Source of the DNA: Rhizaria sp. SCN 62-66
Taxonomy: Eukaryota
Length of the DNA: 64,000 bases
Assembly (NCBI GenBank): GCA_001724265.1
Contig: MEDY01000161.1
Span: 1 to 64,000 of the forward strand
Reading direction: 5' to 3'
Shown here: piece by piece, positions 62,820 to 64,000 of the stretch
How positions within the stretch are numbered: the first letter of the stretch is position 1
Layout of the letters: every line of letters begins with the position of its first letter
Translations under genes and position numbers: made by a program
Notes under the pieces: generated by a model
Told to the model about the DNA's origin: nothing
What the model saw: only the letters and a program-made list of their open reading frames with translations
Databases searched by the model: none

Positions 62820-64000
62820 TCAGAGTCCCATCTCGTTCTTGCAGCGCGCGAGCATAGTGCGAATATCCGTGAACGAAGGCCGCAGATCGGGCTGCATGAA
62901 GCAGCGGCCGAGCATGGTAAGGAAGAGCGGTGAGAGTACCCGTGAGGCGGTCGTGCCGCCGCCCGCGCTGCGGCCCGCCAGCTCGTCCGCTGTGGGCACC
63001 TTGAGACGCGTGCCGCTCTTGCCGACGGCGTCGACGAGCTCAGCCACGGTGTAGCCCTGGAACGGCTCCTGGCGCGCGGTGAGCTCCCAGCACAGTACGC
63101 CAAACGAGTACACGTCCGAGGCCTTGGTGGGCGTCGCGCCCAGCAGCACCTCGGGCGCGGACCACGCGGTTAGGAAGCGGTGGCCCAACATGACTTCGGC
63201 GAAGGTCTTGACGGACTTGACGCCGACGTCACAAACCTTGATGCTCATGTTTTCGTCCAGCAGCACGTTGCGCGACTTAAGGTGCACATGGATCTGCCCG
63301 CGCGCGTGCAGCGCCTCCATCGCAGTCGCGACTTCGCTCGCCACACGCACGATCGTCGCCGGGGAGAGGTCCTTGGCCGTTTGGCGCAGCAGGTCGAACA
63401 GGGAGCGGCGCGCAACGTACTCCGACACCGCGTACACGTGGTTGCCCTGTGAGGCAGAATAGACCAGAGTAAGACAGAGAGAGCAAGAGTGAGATAACAT
63501 GTACTCACAAAGGTTTGAGAAGATGAAACAGTGAAGTGATCAAACTATAGACAACAGACAGAAATATATATGCAAAGACGGACCTGTCGCGCAACGCCGA
63601 TGAAGCGCACGATGTGCGAGTGCGCGATGCGGGACTTTTCGTCGAGCTCGACGGCAAGCTCCTCAACCGAAATGGCACGCATGCCCTCGAGGCGGAAGCG
63701 CTTGACGAGCACGCGCTGGTCATCCATCACGCCCACGGCTGTGGTCCACACGCCCGTGTCGCAGAGGATCTGCTGCGCGCCGCCGCTACCGCCGTTAGCC
63801 GCGGTCGCGGCCGCAGCAGCTGCGGCCGCCGCGGAACCGCCCTCGGCCTGCGCGGTAGCCGTCGCCGCGGCAGCCGCGGCGGAGGCAAAGAAGGCGCGCG
63901 GCAGCACGAGGCGGTCCAGGTCGATGCGCTGCGTGGTGGCGGCCGAGCTGAGCGCAGAGGGCTGCAGGAAATGGCTGTTGCCGCGGCCGCCGCCCGCGGG
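62820..64000 (-). CDS. Tyrosine-kinase-like (TKL) family probable pseudokinase, 5' part beyond the window; exons >64000-63584 and 63446-62820
   Basis: VLVK, HSHIVRFIG, VSEYV..RSL, IHVHLKSRNVLL, KVCDVG, WSAPE, SDVYSFGVLCWEL and RPSF. The GTCCGT..CACAG intron is phase 0. Confidence 0.85.

Overview
Gene-dense nuclear DNA of a unicellular eukaryote (protist; the lineage cannot be fixed from this window). Exons are GC-rich and padded with Ala/Ser/Asn/Gln low-complexity sequence. Introns are short and AT-rich, mostly with GTACGY donors. About 15 protein genes are supported: a TALE homeobox protein, proline dehydrogenase, an LCB2-type serine palmitoyltransferase next to a TLC-domain protein, an RS-rich protein, a NEK-like kinase with a polytopic membrane tail, NSF/Sec18, SYS1, XMAP215/ch-TOG, an SLC25A39/40 carrier, a twin-CX9C protein, a TKL pseudokinase and three unknowns. 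There is also a truncated Tc1/IS630 transposase and two inverted tRNA-Pro(CGG) genes. The most notable oddities are: (1) an in-frame TAG inside an otherwise intact kinase domain, while none of 16 reading frames ends in TAG; (2) a tRNA-shaped Pol III RNA with a 72-nt anticodon-loop insert and atypical stems; (3) a densely structured ~550-nt intergenic region; (4) three covarying stem-loops after the homeobox gene; (5) a long pre-miRNA-like hairpin; (6) an over-represented dispersed 12-mer. All gene models and folds were made by eye.
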